Virus record (IMG/VR): IMGVR_UViG_3300045988_037604
Source: a virus
Direction: 5' to 3' (one strand)
Length of the DNA: 64,000 bases
Positions within the stretch are counted from its first letter, which is position 1, and every line of letters starts with the position of its first letter. Position numbers and translations under genes: made by a program. The notes beneath the pieces are model-generated. The model searched no databases. It was not told where the DNA came from and saw only the letters and a program-made list of their open reading frames with translations. Positions 1 through 8,766 of this stretch are shown piece by piece.

Positions 1-1955
1 CTGCTCATTTCAATGCTATTCAAGATAATAAATATATGCTGTTCTATGGAAAAGAAATGATTGATAGAATGGAAGTATATGAAAAGAATATTGGTTGGGC
101 TAATCTTAAACGAGATGGTCAAAGAGGAGCTAAAGATGAAATTAATTATCTTAAACAAAAAGATACTAGACTTCAAGGTCAATATGAAAATTGGATAAGA
201 AGATTAATTTATAATCAATTTAAAGAAAGTAATGCTAATTATACTAAAGTTGCTAGTGTTATGCAAGCATTTACATCTGCCAAATTTATGATGCTTAATA
301 TAACTGGTGGTATTGGTAACGTTACTGTAGGAGAATCTTCTATTGCTGGAGAATATATAGCTAAAGAGTTCTTTGATAAATCTGATTATCTTAAAGGTAA
401 AGAAATGTGGACAAATGCAGCAATTAGTTTTGTTAGAGGTGTTTATAGTAAAGATTCTACAACTCTTGCTGATGCTATATGCAAATTCTTTAATGTTGTT
501 GATTTTGACCAATTAGCAGGAATTAGTGATGGTAATAAACTTGATGCTGGTACTGCTTTTGAAAAACTTAGAAACTTCCTTTATTCTCCTAATGCTATGG
601 GTGAACATTTTATGCAAAATGGTGCTATGTTTAGTATGATGTTTGCTAATAGACTTGTACCTGTTGCAGATAATGTAAACAAAGGAAGAATAGCATATCG
701 TGCAATGAATAGATATGAATATATAGCTAAATGTCATGAAGATGCTATGAAACAAATTCTTGATGGTACTGAACTTGAAGAAGAATTTAATAACTTTATT
801 TCTTCTATAAAAGAAGATGCTAATAAACTTAAAGAATATGTTTTTGGTCGTAGAGATTTTGTTACTGAATTTGCATATACAAGACTTACTGGTAAAAATT
901 CTGATAAAAAGAAACAATTTGTTGCTAAGAAGAAAGAATTAGAAAAGAAAGCAGAAATAGAATTTAAGAAGAATTCAACAATAATGGAGCAATTAGACCT
1001 TAAAGATGGTAAACTTGCTTTTAAAGATGGAAGTATTCTTGCTGAACTTGATGCTAATTCTCAAGACAAAGAAGTTTCTGATGCTTATAGATTACTTGGA
1101 GAATTTAAAGGAAAAGTTATATCAGTTAATAAAGAAATTCATGGTGTATATGATAGACTTGGTGCTGCTCAAGTCGAAAAGCATTGGTGGGGAAGTCTTG
1201 CTATGCAATATCATAAGCATATGTATCCTGGTATTCTTAAACATTTTAGAAGACAAGGTTATTTTAATGAAGAAAGAGGAGCAATGACTATTGGTTGTGG
1301 ACCTGCTTTACTTGATTTTCTTTCTCTTCCTATTCGTAAAATGAAAGCAGATAGAGAACTTAATGATAAACAAGTTGAAGCACTTGAAAGTCTTCAAACT
1401 TTATTTAAAGGTTATGTTGATTTAGCTACTAACTTTAAGACTAATTGGAATATACTTCCTCGTTATCAAAGAGCTGCTATACTTAGAGCGATGGGTAATG
1501 CTTGTGGTGCAGTAGCTGCTATAGCTGTAGCTCTTGCAACAAGATGTATATGGGACAATAAAGAATTAGAAGATAGTACTACTGCTAATCTTCTTCTTTA
1601 TGAAGCAGATAGTCTTGCTAGTCAAGCTATGATGTATACTCCTCCATTTATTGTTACTGAAGCTAAAAAACTTTATAGTTCTCCTATTGCTGCTCAAACT
1701 ATGCCTAGTGATTTAATTAAAGCTATGGGTATTATAGCAGAAGGATTAATCGAAGGAGATGATTATAATTGGGATTATACTAGTGGACGTTATGCTAAAG
1801 AAAATAAACTTTTTGTACTTACAACTAGACAAATTCCTATTTATCGTGCTTATAGTAATATAGCTGGTCTTGATAAGAGTAATTCATATTATAAACTTGG
1901 AAAGAATGTTTTAGGTTTTATTCCTGTTGATGATATAGCTAATACTATACGATAA
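1..1955 (+). CDS. large virion-associated protein, C-terminal part (5' end outside window)
   Basis: Frame is open from the window edge through M36 to TAA 1953-1955. Contains a hydrophobic helix AAILRAMGNACGAVAAIAVALA. It is the last gene of the rightward block, where crAss-like phages carry giant virion/cargo genes. Function not recognisable. Confidence 0.55.
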   Translation, partial: AHFNAIQDNKYMLFYGKEMIDRMEVYEKNIGWANLKRDGQRGAKDEINYLKQKDTRLQGQYENWIRRLIYNQFKESNANYTKVASVMQAFTSAKFMMLNITGGIGNVTVGESSIAGEYIAKEFFDKSDYLKGKEMWTNAAISFVRGVYSKDSTTLADAICKFFNVVDFDQLAGISDGNKLDAGTAFEKLRNFLYSPNAMGEHFMQNGAMFSMMFANRLVPVADNVNKGRIAYRAMNRYEYIAKCHEDAMKQILDGTELEEEFNNFISSIKEDANKLKEYVFGRRDFVTEFAYTRLTGKNSDKKKQFVAKKKELEKKAEIEFKKNSTIMEQLDLKDGKLAFKDGSILAELDANSQDKEVSDAYRLLGEFKGKVISVNKEIHGVYDRLGAAQVEKHWWGSLAMQYHKHMYPGILKHFRRQGYFNEERGAMTIGCGPALLDFLSLPIRKMKADRELNDKQVEALESLQTLFKGYVDLATNFKTNWNILPRYQRAAILRAMGNACGAVAAIAVALATRCIWDNKELEDSTTANLLLYEADSLASQAMMYTPPFIVTEAKKLYSSPIAAQTMPSDLIKAMGIIAEGLIEGDDYNWDYTSGRYAKENKLFVLTTRQIPIYRAYSNIAGLDKSNSYYKLGKNVLGFIPVDDIANTIR

Positions 1956-1970
1956 CCCGCCCGTAGGAAG
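1956..1970 (-). repeat. GC-rich dispersed motif copy (variant CCCGCCCGTAGRA, intergenic)
   Basis: cccgcccgtaggaag begins on the base after the TAA stop at 1953-1955. Confidence 0.9.
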
Positions 1971-2000
1971 TATTGATATTAAATATTAGTTAAACTCTAA

Positions 2001-2048
2001 ATTACTATTGCTTAGATAGGTAGAAATGCTTATCTTTGCAATAGTAAT
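2001..2048 (+). promoter_or_regulatory. inverted repeat enclosing a Bacteroidota-type -7 box upstream of the tRNA
   Basis: Perfect 11-bp inverted repeat attactattgc (2001-2011) / gcaatagtaat (2038-2048). TATCTTTG at 2031-2038 matches TAnnTTTG and lies 18 nt before the tRNA 5' end. TTG lies 20 nt upstream of the box. Confidence 0.45.
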
Positions 2049-2055
2049 ATTTCAA

Positions 2056-2126
2056 TGGAGTATCGTATAATGGTAGTACAGAAGATTTTGGTTCTTCTAG
2101 CATAGGTTCGATTCCTATTACTCCAA
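2056..2126 (+). tRNA. tRNA-Gln (anticodon UUG)
   Basis: Hand-built 71-nt cloverleaf. Acceptor TGGAGTA/TACTCCA; D stem GTAT/GTAC (one G.T); anticodon stem GAAGA/TCTTC with loop TTTTGGT (anticodon TTG at 2088-2090); T arm ATAGG-TTCGATT-CCTAT; discriminator A. CCA is not encoded. Confidence 0.85.
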
Positions 2127-2214
2127 CTAATAGTAAAATTTAAGTTGTTACTTATAATGTTAGGTTAAGTGGTTAAAGATAGGCTGTTTTGAATGGTAAT
2201 TATCCCATGTTCGT

Positions 2215-2249
2215 CCCAAGGTTATCGTGATGATAATCTTGGGATTTTT
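2215..2249 (+). terminator. intrinsic terminator candidate closing the rightward block
   Basis: Stem CCCAAG (2215-2220) / CTTGGG (2238-2243) with a 17-nt loop, followed by ATTTTT. Confidence 0.5.
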
Positions 2250-2466
2250 CATATATGTCGGTTTCATGTCGCTGATAATAATTAAAAAAAAGGTGAAGCT
2301 CAACCTCACGGTCAAACTCCACCAAATAAAAATAGAAAACTAACAAAACAATTTAAATCACAATTTCTCTACAAATTTATATACTAATATGAAATTTAAT
2401 ATTTTAATTTCCTTTCTGAACGATTATTTATATCATGTTTAATAACTAATCATAATCGAATAATAA

Positions 2467-2566
2467 TTGTCATAGAAACAAATTATCAATGTATATTTCA
2501 AATTTTATCTATTATATGTAGTCGGCTAACAATTCATATTGATACAATAATTTGTTTCCATGTCAA
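2467..2566. repeat. long imperfect inverted repeat in the convergent intergenic zone
   Basis: ttgtcatagaaacaaattat (2467-2486) pairs with ataatttgtttccatgtcaa (2547-2566) at 18 of 20 positions. Spacer is 60 nt, with further tatcaat/attgata pairing inside. Confidence 0.7.
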
Positions 2567-2653
2567 TTTAATAGTACGACTGAATGATTATTCAGAAGAT
2601 GAAGTATAAATCCTTAAATGAGAAATTAAATTCTTATATAATATATTATGAAA

Positions 2654-2890
2654 CTATTTAATAATAATATCTTTATAAAGTTTCCCAGTATCATCTACTT
2701 TATAAATTGTATCAATACTAATAGTATCATAGTCTTGATTAAGAGTATCTACAATATAACTATAATCAATGCCACAAGGTTCATTGTCAATATTATTATC
2801 TTTATGTTGAGCACAACATATTAGTATAAAAATAATGATTACAAAACCTATAGTTGTTTTAATTAAATGTTTATTATAATCTTTATTCAT
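2654..2890 (-). CDS. small putative lipoprotein
   Basis: 78 aa. N-terminal hydrophobic helix ends in FILICCAQ (lipobox-like Cys). Last gene of the leftward block. Confidence 0.5.
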   Translation of the reverse strand: MNKDYNKHLIKTTIGFVIIIFILICCAQHKDNNIDNEPCGIDYSYIVDTLNQDYDTISIDTIYKVDDTGKLYKDIIIK

Positions 2891-2904
2891 ATTTCTTTTA
2901 AATT

Positions 2905-2937
2905 AAAAACCCTTACTATTTTCACAAACAGTAAGGG
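2905..2937 (-). terminator. GNRA-capped intrinsic terminator (family member 1)
   Basis: On the minus strand: CCCUUACUGUUU-GUGA-AAAUAGUAAGGG, a 12-bp stem including one G.U, then UUUUU. The G.U position is an A.C mismatch on the plus strand, so the hairpin is strand-specific. Confidence 0.75.
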
Positions 2938-2964
2938 CAAAATCAACCATTTATGGCAACACGT

Positions 2965-3264
2965 CTAGCACTTCTTCTTTATATATAAATCTATATATCT
3001 AGTAATACATATAGCAGGAGTAGAACCAGTCATTTTAAAAGTAATAACATTATCTACCATAAAAATTGTAGTTGGAAAATCTTTAAGAAAAACTCTTTTA
3101 TTTCTATATTCAATAATTTCTTTTTTAGTAAGAGTATCAAAGTCTATAACTTCAAAACCAATATTAATTTTACTATTAATAATAGCTTTTTCGATATTTT
3201 CTCTTTGAATCCTACAACCAACACAACCTTTAGTTGTTATAAGAATTATCTTTCTATTAGCCAT
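2965..3264 (-). CDS. thioredoxin/glutaredoxin-like (NrdH-like) redox protein
   Basis: 99 aa. N-terminal IILITTKGCVGCR carries a CxxC motif after a beta-strand, as in the thioredoxin fold. Confidence 0.55.
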   Translation of the reverse strand: MANRKIILITTKGCVGCRIQRENIEKAIINSKINIGFEVIDFDTLTKKEIIEYRNKRVFLKDFPTTIFMVDNVITFKMTGSTPAICITRYIDLYIKKKC

Positions 3265-3523
3265 TTTTCTTAGAAGTATTTATTTCAGCTATATTCTCAA
3301 AATATTTACCATCAGGAGTAAATTCAATACCTTCATTATGAAGACAAACTTCCAATGTCTTAGCAAGATTTTTATAATCTCTAATAAGAAGAGCTACATT
3401 AGCAGCAGTTATTTTACTTACTTTATCATTCTTTACAGCACTATTAAAATAAGAAGTGTTTGCATTAATACGTTTAAGAGCATTAGCGTGCTCTTCAATC
3501 ATAATTCTAACATTTGTATTCAT
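3257..3523 (-). CDS. hypothetical protein
   Basis: 88-aa ORF in a co-oriented, tightly packed array. Overlaps the next gene by 8 nt. Confidence 0.5.
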   Translation of the reverse strand: MNTNVRIMIEEHANALKRINANTSYFNSAVKNDKVSKITAANVALLIRDYKNLAKTLEVCLHNEGIEFTPDGKYFENIAEINTSKKNG

Positions 3524-3550
3524 ATCTTTATAATTTAATTTGTTAATAAT

Positions 3551-4144
3551 TTATTTACCTGTACTTCCAAAAGCACCATCACCTCTATCAGTTATTCCTA
3601 AATCTTCAAGATTATCGACTTTTTGCCACATAGCTTGACGATGATGAGGAACTTCTAATTGACCAATAACATCACCTGCGATAATTCCAGTAGCTACAGC
3701 ATTACTATCAATAGGTCTAAATACAATGAAGATTTCACCACGATAACTTTCATCAATAGTACAAGGAGAATTGGCAATAACCAAACCCATCTTAGTAATA
3801 CGACTATTAGGACGAATAGTTATAGAATCTCTATCTTCAGTAGCAACGTGAATACCTGTACCACATTTAATACGACCATCTCTTGTATACTCTACAGAAG
3901 TAGCTTTTATATCACAACAAGCATCTGTAGCATGACCAAACTCTCCATTAATATAATGAGCATATTCAGGAAGAGTAGCTTCAACTTTAGGGTCAAGCCA
4001 AATTTTAACTGGAACAAAATCAATAGCTTTATGAAGAGATTCTTTAAGTTCTATTTCTGCTAATTCACGATTGTCTGGAGTTTCTTTAAAAGCATTAACA
4101 TAATTAATAAATGCTTCTGCAATACGATTACTTAATTGACTCAT
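3551..4144 (-). CDS. dut: dUTPase with N-terminal extension
   Basis: The C-terminal ~140 aa carry dUTPase motifs: ATDACCDI, RPNSR, TIDESYRGEI, GDVIGQL, RGDGAFGSTG. Confidence 0.85.
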   Translation of the reverse strand: MSQLSNRIAEAFINYVNAFKETPDNRELAEIELKESLHKAIDFVPVKIWLDPKVEATLPEYAHYINGEFGHATDACCDIKATSVEYTRDGRIKCGTGIHVATEDRDSITIRPNSRITKMGLVIANSPCTIDESYRGEIFIVFRPIDSNAVATGIIAGDVIGQLEVPHHRQAMWQKVDNLEDLGITDRGDGAFGSTGK

Positions 4145-4148
4145 AATT

Positions 4149-4712
4149 TTAATTGTTTTCTCTTTGTCTTTGTTCTAAAATATCTTTTCTAAGTTTTCTA
4201 ATACTACCTCTATAAAGATAATTATGATTTATAACATAAGTATTCTTAGGAAGAATATTATTTGGTATTTTATCACATAGTCTTCCTATAACATCAAGTT
4301 CAACTAATCTTTTAATAGCTTTACTAATATGACTTTTATCACAATTATATTGTTTAGCAATAATAGAAGCATTTAAAGATAAGTGATTAACATTATAAGG
4401 AATATTATCTACGATATATCGTACAACAATACCTACATACTTAGATTCTTCACTAAGTATTGTAACTAGACTATTATCTATAAGCACCTTATCTTCCATA
4501 TAATAAATAGTTTTATTGTACTTATTTCCACTATCATCTTCATCTTTAATTCTAAGACCTTTTACAGATAGAGGATAGCTATAATCAATACTATCTTTAG
4601 CAAGTTTATTAATAACTTTATCATTCATATCTTTATCAATTTTATTAGCAACAATACAAAGATAATAAAAAGTAGCAGATTTTAGCCACATTTTTATAAA
4701 AAATAGCATCAA
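4149..4712 (-). CDS. putative winged-helix DNA-binding protein
   Basis: ORF-track ORF. The more likely start is ATG at 4628 (MNDKVINK...). The segment IAKQYNCDKSHISKAIKRLVELDVIGR looks like an HTH recognition unit. Confidence 0.45.
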   Translation of the reverse strand: MMLFFIKMWLKSATFYYLCIVANKIDKDMNDKVINKLAKDSIDYSYPLSVKGLRIKDEDDSGNKYNKTIYYMEDKVLIDNSLVTILSEESKYVGIVVRYIVDNIPYNVNHLSLNASIIAKQYNCDKSHISKAIKRLVELDVIGRLCDKIPNNILPKNTYVINHNYLYRGSIRKLRKDILEQRQRENN

Positions 4713-4761
4713 CCTGCCACTTATTATGTGCTAACTAATTGATATTCAGATAGTTAAGTAG

Positions 4762-4795
4762 TATAATATAATATAATATAATATATTATATATTA
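4762..4795. repeat. (TATAA)n microsatellite in a 5' leader
   Basis: TATAA x4 at 4762-4781, followed by degenerate tatat units. Confidence 0.8.
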
Positions 4796-4817
4796 CTGAT
4801 ATAACTTATCTGCACTA

Positions 4818-4825
4818 CAAACATA
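4818..4825 (-). promoter_or_regulatory. candidate Bacteroidota-type -7 box (leftward)
   Basis: Plus strand caaacata equals TATGTTTG on the minus strand (TAnnTTTG). It lies in the 306-nt gap upstream of gene 4149..4712. Confidence 0.35.
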
Positions 4826-4896
4826 CTCATTATCTTTAAAACTAGCAACATTATCAATAGAATAATTACTATAATAAAGAAAGTTTAATAATTCAG

Positions 4897-4912
4897 CCTC
4901 TCTACGGGGGGT
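4897..4912 (+). repeat. GC-rich dispersed motif copy (intergenic)
   Basis: cctctctacggggggt. Forms an inverted pair with the copy at 4983-5000. Confidence 0.9.
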
Positions 4913-4982
4913 TTCTAGTTCATCTAGTACTTCTAAAACTTCTAATGACATTATTAGACATATTAGTACTAAGATTAATATA

Positions 4983-5000
4983 GCCTGCCCGTAGGGAGAC
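4983..5000 (-). repeat. GC-rich dispersed motif copy (intergenic)
   Basis: gcctgcccgtagggagac, 19 nt beyond the stop of gene 5019..5297. Confidence 0.9.
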
Positions 5001-5018
5001 TTATTTATTGGCTTATAA

Positions 5019-5297
5019 TCAACTCAATTGTTTACTTACATTATTAATCCATTTTTTAGCTTCATCTTCATTTGTAAATACAAGATTTTCAGAAACATAA
5101 ACTGTAGTTGCATTATCAAATAATTGTATTTCATAAGCTATAGTTTGATAATTAGCTGTTTTTGTAAGTTGAATTTGAATTATTACACCATAAGAAAATT
5201 CAGCTTTAACATAGTCAAATAATAAAACTTCATTACCAATATAATGTTTAGGAATTGTTATTCCGTTACCATCATTATTATTAAAACTAACTTGCAT
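5019..5297 (-). CDS. hypothetical protein
   Basis: 92-aa ORF overlapping the upstream gene by 11 nt. Confidence 0.5.
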   Translation of the reverse strand: MQVSFNNNDGNGITIPKHYIGNEVLLFDYVKAEFSYGVIIQIQLTKTANYQTIAYEIQLFDNATTVYVSENLVFTNEDEAKKWINNVSKQLS

Positions 5298-6342
5298 AAG
5301 CTATAACGTTATTAAGAGCTTTATTCATATTGTTATTAGCAGAACCCCAAACAAGAGAGTTCATTCTCTTTTCTCCTTCAAGATTTGCAACATTACAATA
5401 AAAGCCAGTAACGGCATTATAAGCACCCCAAGCAGTACCATAAATATCTTTCTGACCAATGCCATCATTATAATAATCAAACATATTAGAAAGAATATTA
5501 GCTTTTCTAGTAGATATTTCAGTTGCTTCAAGAAGTCTATAATCTCTATTGATAAGACGTTTAAAACCTGTTTTATTATCATATTGCATTATTTTTTGAA
5601 TTTCAGCAGGAGTTAATTGAAGATTACAAAGATATTCATAAACTTGTTCATCTTTCATAGTAACTTTAGCTAATTGTCTATACATTTCTTGAGCATCAAG
5701 AGCGTGTTCACAAGCAACTTTAAGAACTTGTGCTCCTAATTCAAGTTTTTCTTTTACAGACTTAGTATGACGAAGACGAATATGACAATCTGCTTTATTT
5801 ATAGCACCATTAAGCATATTAGTACATATAACTCTAACAGGTGTAATCATAATATCAACAGATGAATTACCATCATGTCCGTTACTAAATATAAGATAAT
5901 TATCTACCACATCATTACTATTAGCTACAGAAGTTTGTACAGGAAGTTTAGCACTTACATAAACTTTTTCGCCAAAGTTAAGACAAGCAGCTTTATCCCA
6001 CTTAGCAAGATTTTCACCAATAGCATTATTAAAGAAATTAAAAGCATCCATATTTTGAACAACTTCATATTTTTCTTTAACTAATCCTAAAGGATAATTA
6101 TTATCTGTACGATAAGTAGCATAAGCATTATTCATTTCTCTATAAATGTTTCCATCGTGTTGAAATGCGCAATCGTCTACATTATTATTTCCATTAATTC
6201 TAAATGGCATTTTAGCTACTAATTCGCATTTAGCTACAGACCAATCAAGTCCAGCTTTAGTCATAACTTCTTGAGCAGTTTGACAATTAGAAACGTCTTT
6301 ACCTAAAGCCCAAGGAAGACCACCAGTATTATATTTACTCAT
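5287..6342 (-). CDS. DUF932 / TIGR03299-like phage-plasmid protein
   Basis: 351 aa. The N-terminal pattern GLPWALGKDV...AGLDWSVAK and the size are typical of this family, recognised from memory. Confidence 0.5.
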   Translation of the reverse strand: MSKYNTGGLPWALGKDVSNCQTAQEVMTKAGLDWSVAKCELVAKMPFRINGNNNVDDCAFQHDGNIYREMNNAYATYRTDNNYPLGLVKEKYEVVQNMDAFNFFNNAIGENLAKWDKAACLNFGEKVYVSAKLPVQTSVANSNDVVDNYLIFSNGHDGNSSVDIMITPVRVICTNMLNGAINKADCHIRLRHTKSVKEKLELGAQVLKVACEHALDAQEMYRQLAKVTMKDEQVYEYLCNLQLTPAEIQKIMQYDNKTGFKRLINRDYRLLEATEISTRKANILSNMFDYYNDGIGQKDIYGTAWGAYNAVTGFYCNVANLEGEKRMNSLVWGSANNNMNKALNNVIAYAS

Positions 6343-6374
6343 AATTCAGCATTATTTAAATTATTATACTATGT

Positions 6375-6530
6375 TTATTTATCATATAAAGTTACAGAGT
6401 TTTCATCAGCTCTAATATCTTCAATAGTTGCATCAACATCATTTTCTCCAATTATTGTCATAGTAACAGGAATGTCACCGTATTTATCAAGAGCATTATT
6501 TAGTTCTTTTATTACTTCACTAATTTTCAT
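6375..6530 (-). CDS. small acidic hypothetical protein (below ORF-track cutoff)
   Basis: 51 codons, MKISEVIKELNNALDKYGDIPV.... ATG 6528-6530 overlaps the upstream stop as TAATG. TAA at 6375-6377. Confidence 0.4.
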   Translation of the reverse strand: MKISEVIKELNNALDKYGDIPVTMTIIGENDVDATIEDIRADENSVTLYDK

Positions 6531-6982
6531 TATTCAGCAATTAAATTATATTTATTCTTAAAAGTATTATAAGTACTTATTACTACAGAACTAGAAATTT
6601 GTTCATCTTCAGGAAGATGTCTATTTCTATTATCTACACGAATAAGACAATCTTTAAGAGGAGTATTAAATAGTTTATATTCTATTGATATATTTGGTTT
6701 AATACTTTTAATTAATTCAACAAGTTCATTAATAGTATTATTACTCAAATTCATATCATCAGAAACAACATCATAACCATCAAGAATAGCTTCTTCAATA
6801 CACGCATTTCTTGTATGTTTAACAAGCTTTTCTCTATCAGGAAGCCAATATTTGCCAAACATTTTACGAATAGAATCTTTATTAACTCTAATACGTTTAA
6901 TTGGATTTTCTTTAACCCAATCCAAAGCCCAGGTAGATTTACCTGAGCCTTGAATACCTTGTAAAATAATAAATTTACTCAT
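6530..6982 (-). CDS. P-loop nucleotide/polynucleotide kinase-like protein
   Basis: 150 aa with Walker A GIQGSGKST at residues 8-16. Size and layout resemble a PNK or dNMP kinase domain. Confidence 0.65.
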   Translation of the reverse strand: MSKFIILQGIQGSGKSTWALDWVKENPIKRIRVNKDSIRKMFGKYWLPDREKLVKHTRNACIEEAILDGYDVVSDDMNLSNNTINELVELIKSIKPNISIEYKLFNTPLKDCLIRVDNRNRHLPEDEQISSSVVISTYNTFKNKYNLIAE

Positions 6983-6985
6983 ATA

Positions 6986-7228
6986 TTATTTATCTTCTTT
7001 TGGTTTATCAGGATTTAATTCATTATCACCAGCAAAAGTATTTATATGAACGTCATGTACAATTACTTCAGCACTTATGATATGTTTTTCTAATTTTTCA
7101 CCATTATATTTTAAATAACTAGCAGAATTTATAGCATCTACAAAATTTTCACCAGCAACATTGACGTGAAGTTTATTTTTATCTTCTTTTACAATGTCAG
7201 TTTTAATACGATATACATCGTTTTTCAT
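6986..7228 (-). CDS. hypothetical protein
   Basis: 80-aa ORF in the tightly spaced leftward array. Confidence 0.5.
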   Translation of the reverse strand: MKNDVYRIKTDIVKEDKNKLHVNVAGENFVDAINSASYLKYNGEKLEKHIISAEVIVHDVHINTFAGDNELNPDKPKEDK

Positions 7229-7229
7229 A

Positions 7230-7994
7230 CTATCTTATATTTAAATTTTCGTTATTAACAACTTTTCCAATATTAGAAGTACAGCCTTCTTCTACAATTT
7301 TGGTTTTAAGAGTTTTCTTATCAACAGTAGGTTTAAAATCCCAATTATCAGGACTAGTATGACCTACTTGTTCCATAAGTTTATAACCTTCACCATTAAG
7401 AAGTTTAGCAGCAGGTACAGGAATAGTAACATTAATTGTAATATCATCTAAATCTTCAATTTCTACTTCACCAGCAGCTACATTATTTTCTGCAACAGCA
7501 GTTTGTTGAATAGAATCAAGAAGACTATTAATATCTACAGAATCATTACATTGTAATGTATTCATAAATATACCATTAGCAAATACTCCTTTGATAGTTT
7601 CAGTTATATGATCAATTTTATTAGTATCAACTTCTACAGAAATAGAAGGACGAATACTAACTTTACCAGTACCCCAATCAAAGAACTTCTTACCTTTCTT
7701 ATCTTCTTTACCAAAAGTATTAATCGCATAAAGAACAAGATTAGTAAGAGATTTTATAGTATTATCTTTACTCTTGTCTAAAGATGCAAGTCTATCTTTT
7801 TCTGCTTTGATAGCAGTTTTATCAGCTTTAAGTTTATTAATATACTCAACATAATTCTTAACTTTAGAAGTTACTTCTTCTTTATTAAGTTTAAGTTTTT
7901 CTTTAATTTCAGGAGTAAGTTCACCACCATTTTCTTCAAGTTCTTCAAATATATCAAGAAGTTCTCTATCAATATCAAATATGCTTTTTCCCAT
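7230..7994 (-). CDS. Gp157-like protein
   Basis: 254 aa. N-terminal coiled coil with LLDIFEELEENGGELTPEIKEKL and KAEKDRL, the pattern I associate with the Siphovirus Gp157 family. Confidence 0.45.
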   Translation of the reverse strand: MGKSIFDIDRELLDIFEELEENGGELTPEIKEKLKLNKEEVTSKVKNYVEYINKLKADKTAIKAEKDRLASLDKSKDNTIKSLTNLVLYAINTFGKEDKKGKKFFDWGTGKVSIRPSISVEVDTNKIDHITETIKGVFANGIFMNTLQCNDSVDINSLLDSIQQTAVAENNVAAGEVEIEDLDDITINVTIPVPAAKLLNGEGYKLMEQVGHTSPDNWDFKPTVDKKTLKTKIVEEGCTSNIGKVVNNENLNIR

Positions 7995-8000
7995 AATTAA

Positions 8001-8219
8001 TTATTTATCAGTTCTAACACCTCTACTATCTACTAAATAATTAGCATCAGTAGCAACAAATTCAATTTTAATTTTACCACAATTAATACAACGAGAAATA
8101 ATATTAATTCCTACAGTCGTATCGTTAGTATAATTAGAATCTTTAACTTCTAATTCTTTATAAACTTCATAATGATGAAGTCCAATAAAACATTGTTTAT
8201 TCAGTCCCATATTAAACAT
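8001..8219 (-). CDS. hypothetical protein
   Basis: 72-aa ORF containing CINCGK. Overlaps the next gene by 8 nt. Confidence 0.45.
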   Translation of the reverse strand: MFNMGLNKQCFIGLHHYEVYKELEVKDSNYTNDTTVGINIISRCINCGKIKIEFVATDANYLVDSRGVRTDK

Positions 8220-8766
8220 AATCTAAAAGTAAAACTCTATTTGGACAAGTTCCATATTCTATATTAAAATATTTAGCAAAAGCATTATATTTATTAGCAA
8301 ACCATTTACAACCTAATAAATATTGATACCATGTAGCTTTAACACTAGCGTGATATTCTTTAACTTCAATAAAAGGTTTATAATGTTCTTTCCAATCCCA
8401 ATAGGTAATAGCAGAATCTATATTGACATTATATTTTTCTATTAAAATCCAAAGATAAGTTATAAAACGATTTGTTCTATAACTAGCATCTTTAGGTTTA
8501 CTTCTTTGGTCATAAATAACTCTAATTGAAATTTTATTTTCACCAATATATTTCCAAATATTATTATCTACAAATCCATAATCAACTTTATTATGAACAA
8601 AATGCCATTCCTCATTATAAAGATTAATACGAATATCAAAATAATCAACACCTGTATTGAATTGTTCTTCAATAGTTTTATCTTGACATTTGTTCCAAAG
8701 TCTTGTTATCTTCCCACAAAGATTTTTAGGAGGAAGATAACTTAAAGTATTATGACTACCTATCAT
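8212..8766 (-). CDS. hypothetical protein, weak PLC-like phosphodiesterase resemblance
   Basis: 184 aa. GSHNTLSY and DYFDIRI resemble PI-PLC X-domain catalytic motifs. Weak, by eye only. Confidence 0.3.
   Translation of the reverse strand: MIGSHNTLSYLPPKNLCGKITRLWNKCQDKTIEEQFNTGVDYFDIRINLYNEEWHFVHNKVDYGFVDNNIWKYIGENKISIRVIYDQRSKPKDASYRTNRFITYLWILIEKYNVNIDSAITYWDWKEHYKPFIEVKEYHASVKATWYQYLLGCKWFANKYNAFAKYFNIEYGTCPNRVLLLDYV

Noticed and set aside
2141-2250. A second tRNA or tmRNA-like gene downstream of tRNA-Gln (GTTCGTC resembles a T-loop).
   Set aside because: No acceptor stem or anticodon arm could be built. The T-stem would contain a mismatch. The CCCAAG/CTTGGG hairpin plus T-run is better explained as a terminator.
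4983-5000. Similarity of the motif variant (CCTACGGGCAGGC / CCTACGGGCGGG) to the universal 16S rRNA segment CCTACGGGAGGCAGC, suggesting rRNA mimicry or captured host DNA.
   Set aside because: The match covers only ~11 nt. It is explained by both being C-UACG-G tetraloop hairpins with G/C stems. No flanking rRNA similarity exists.
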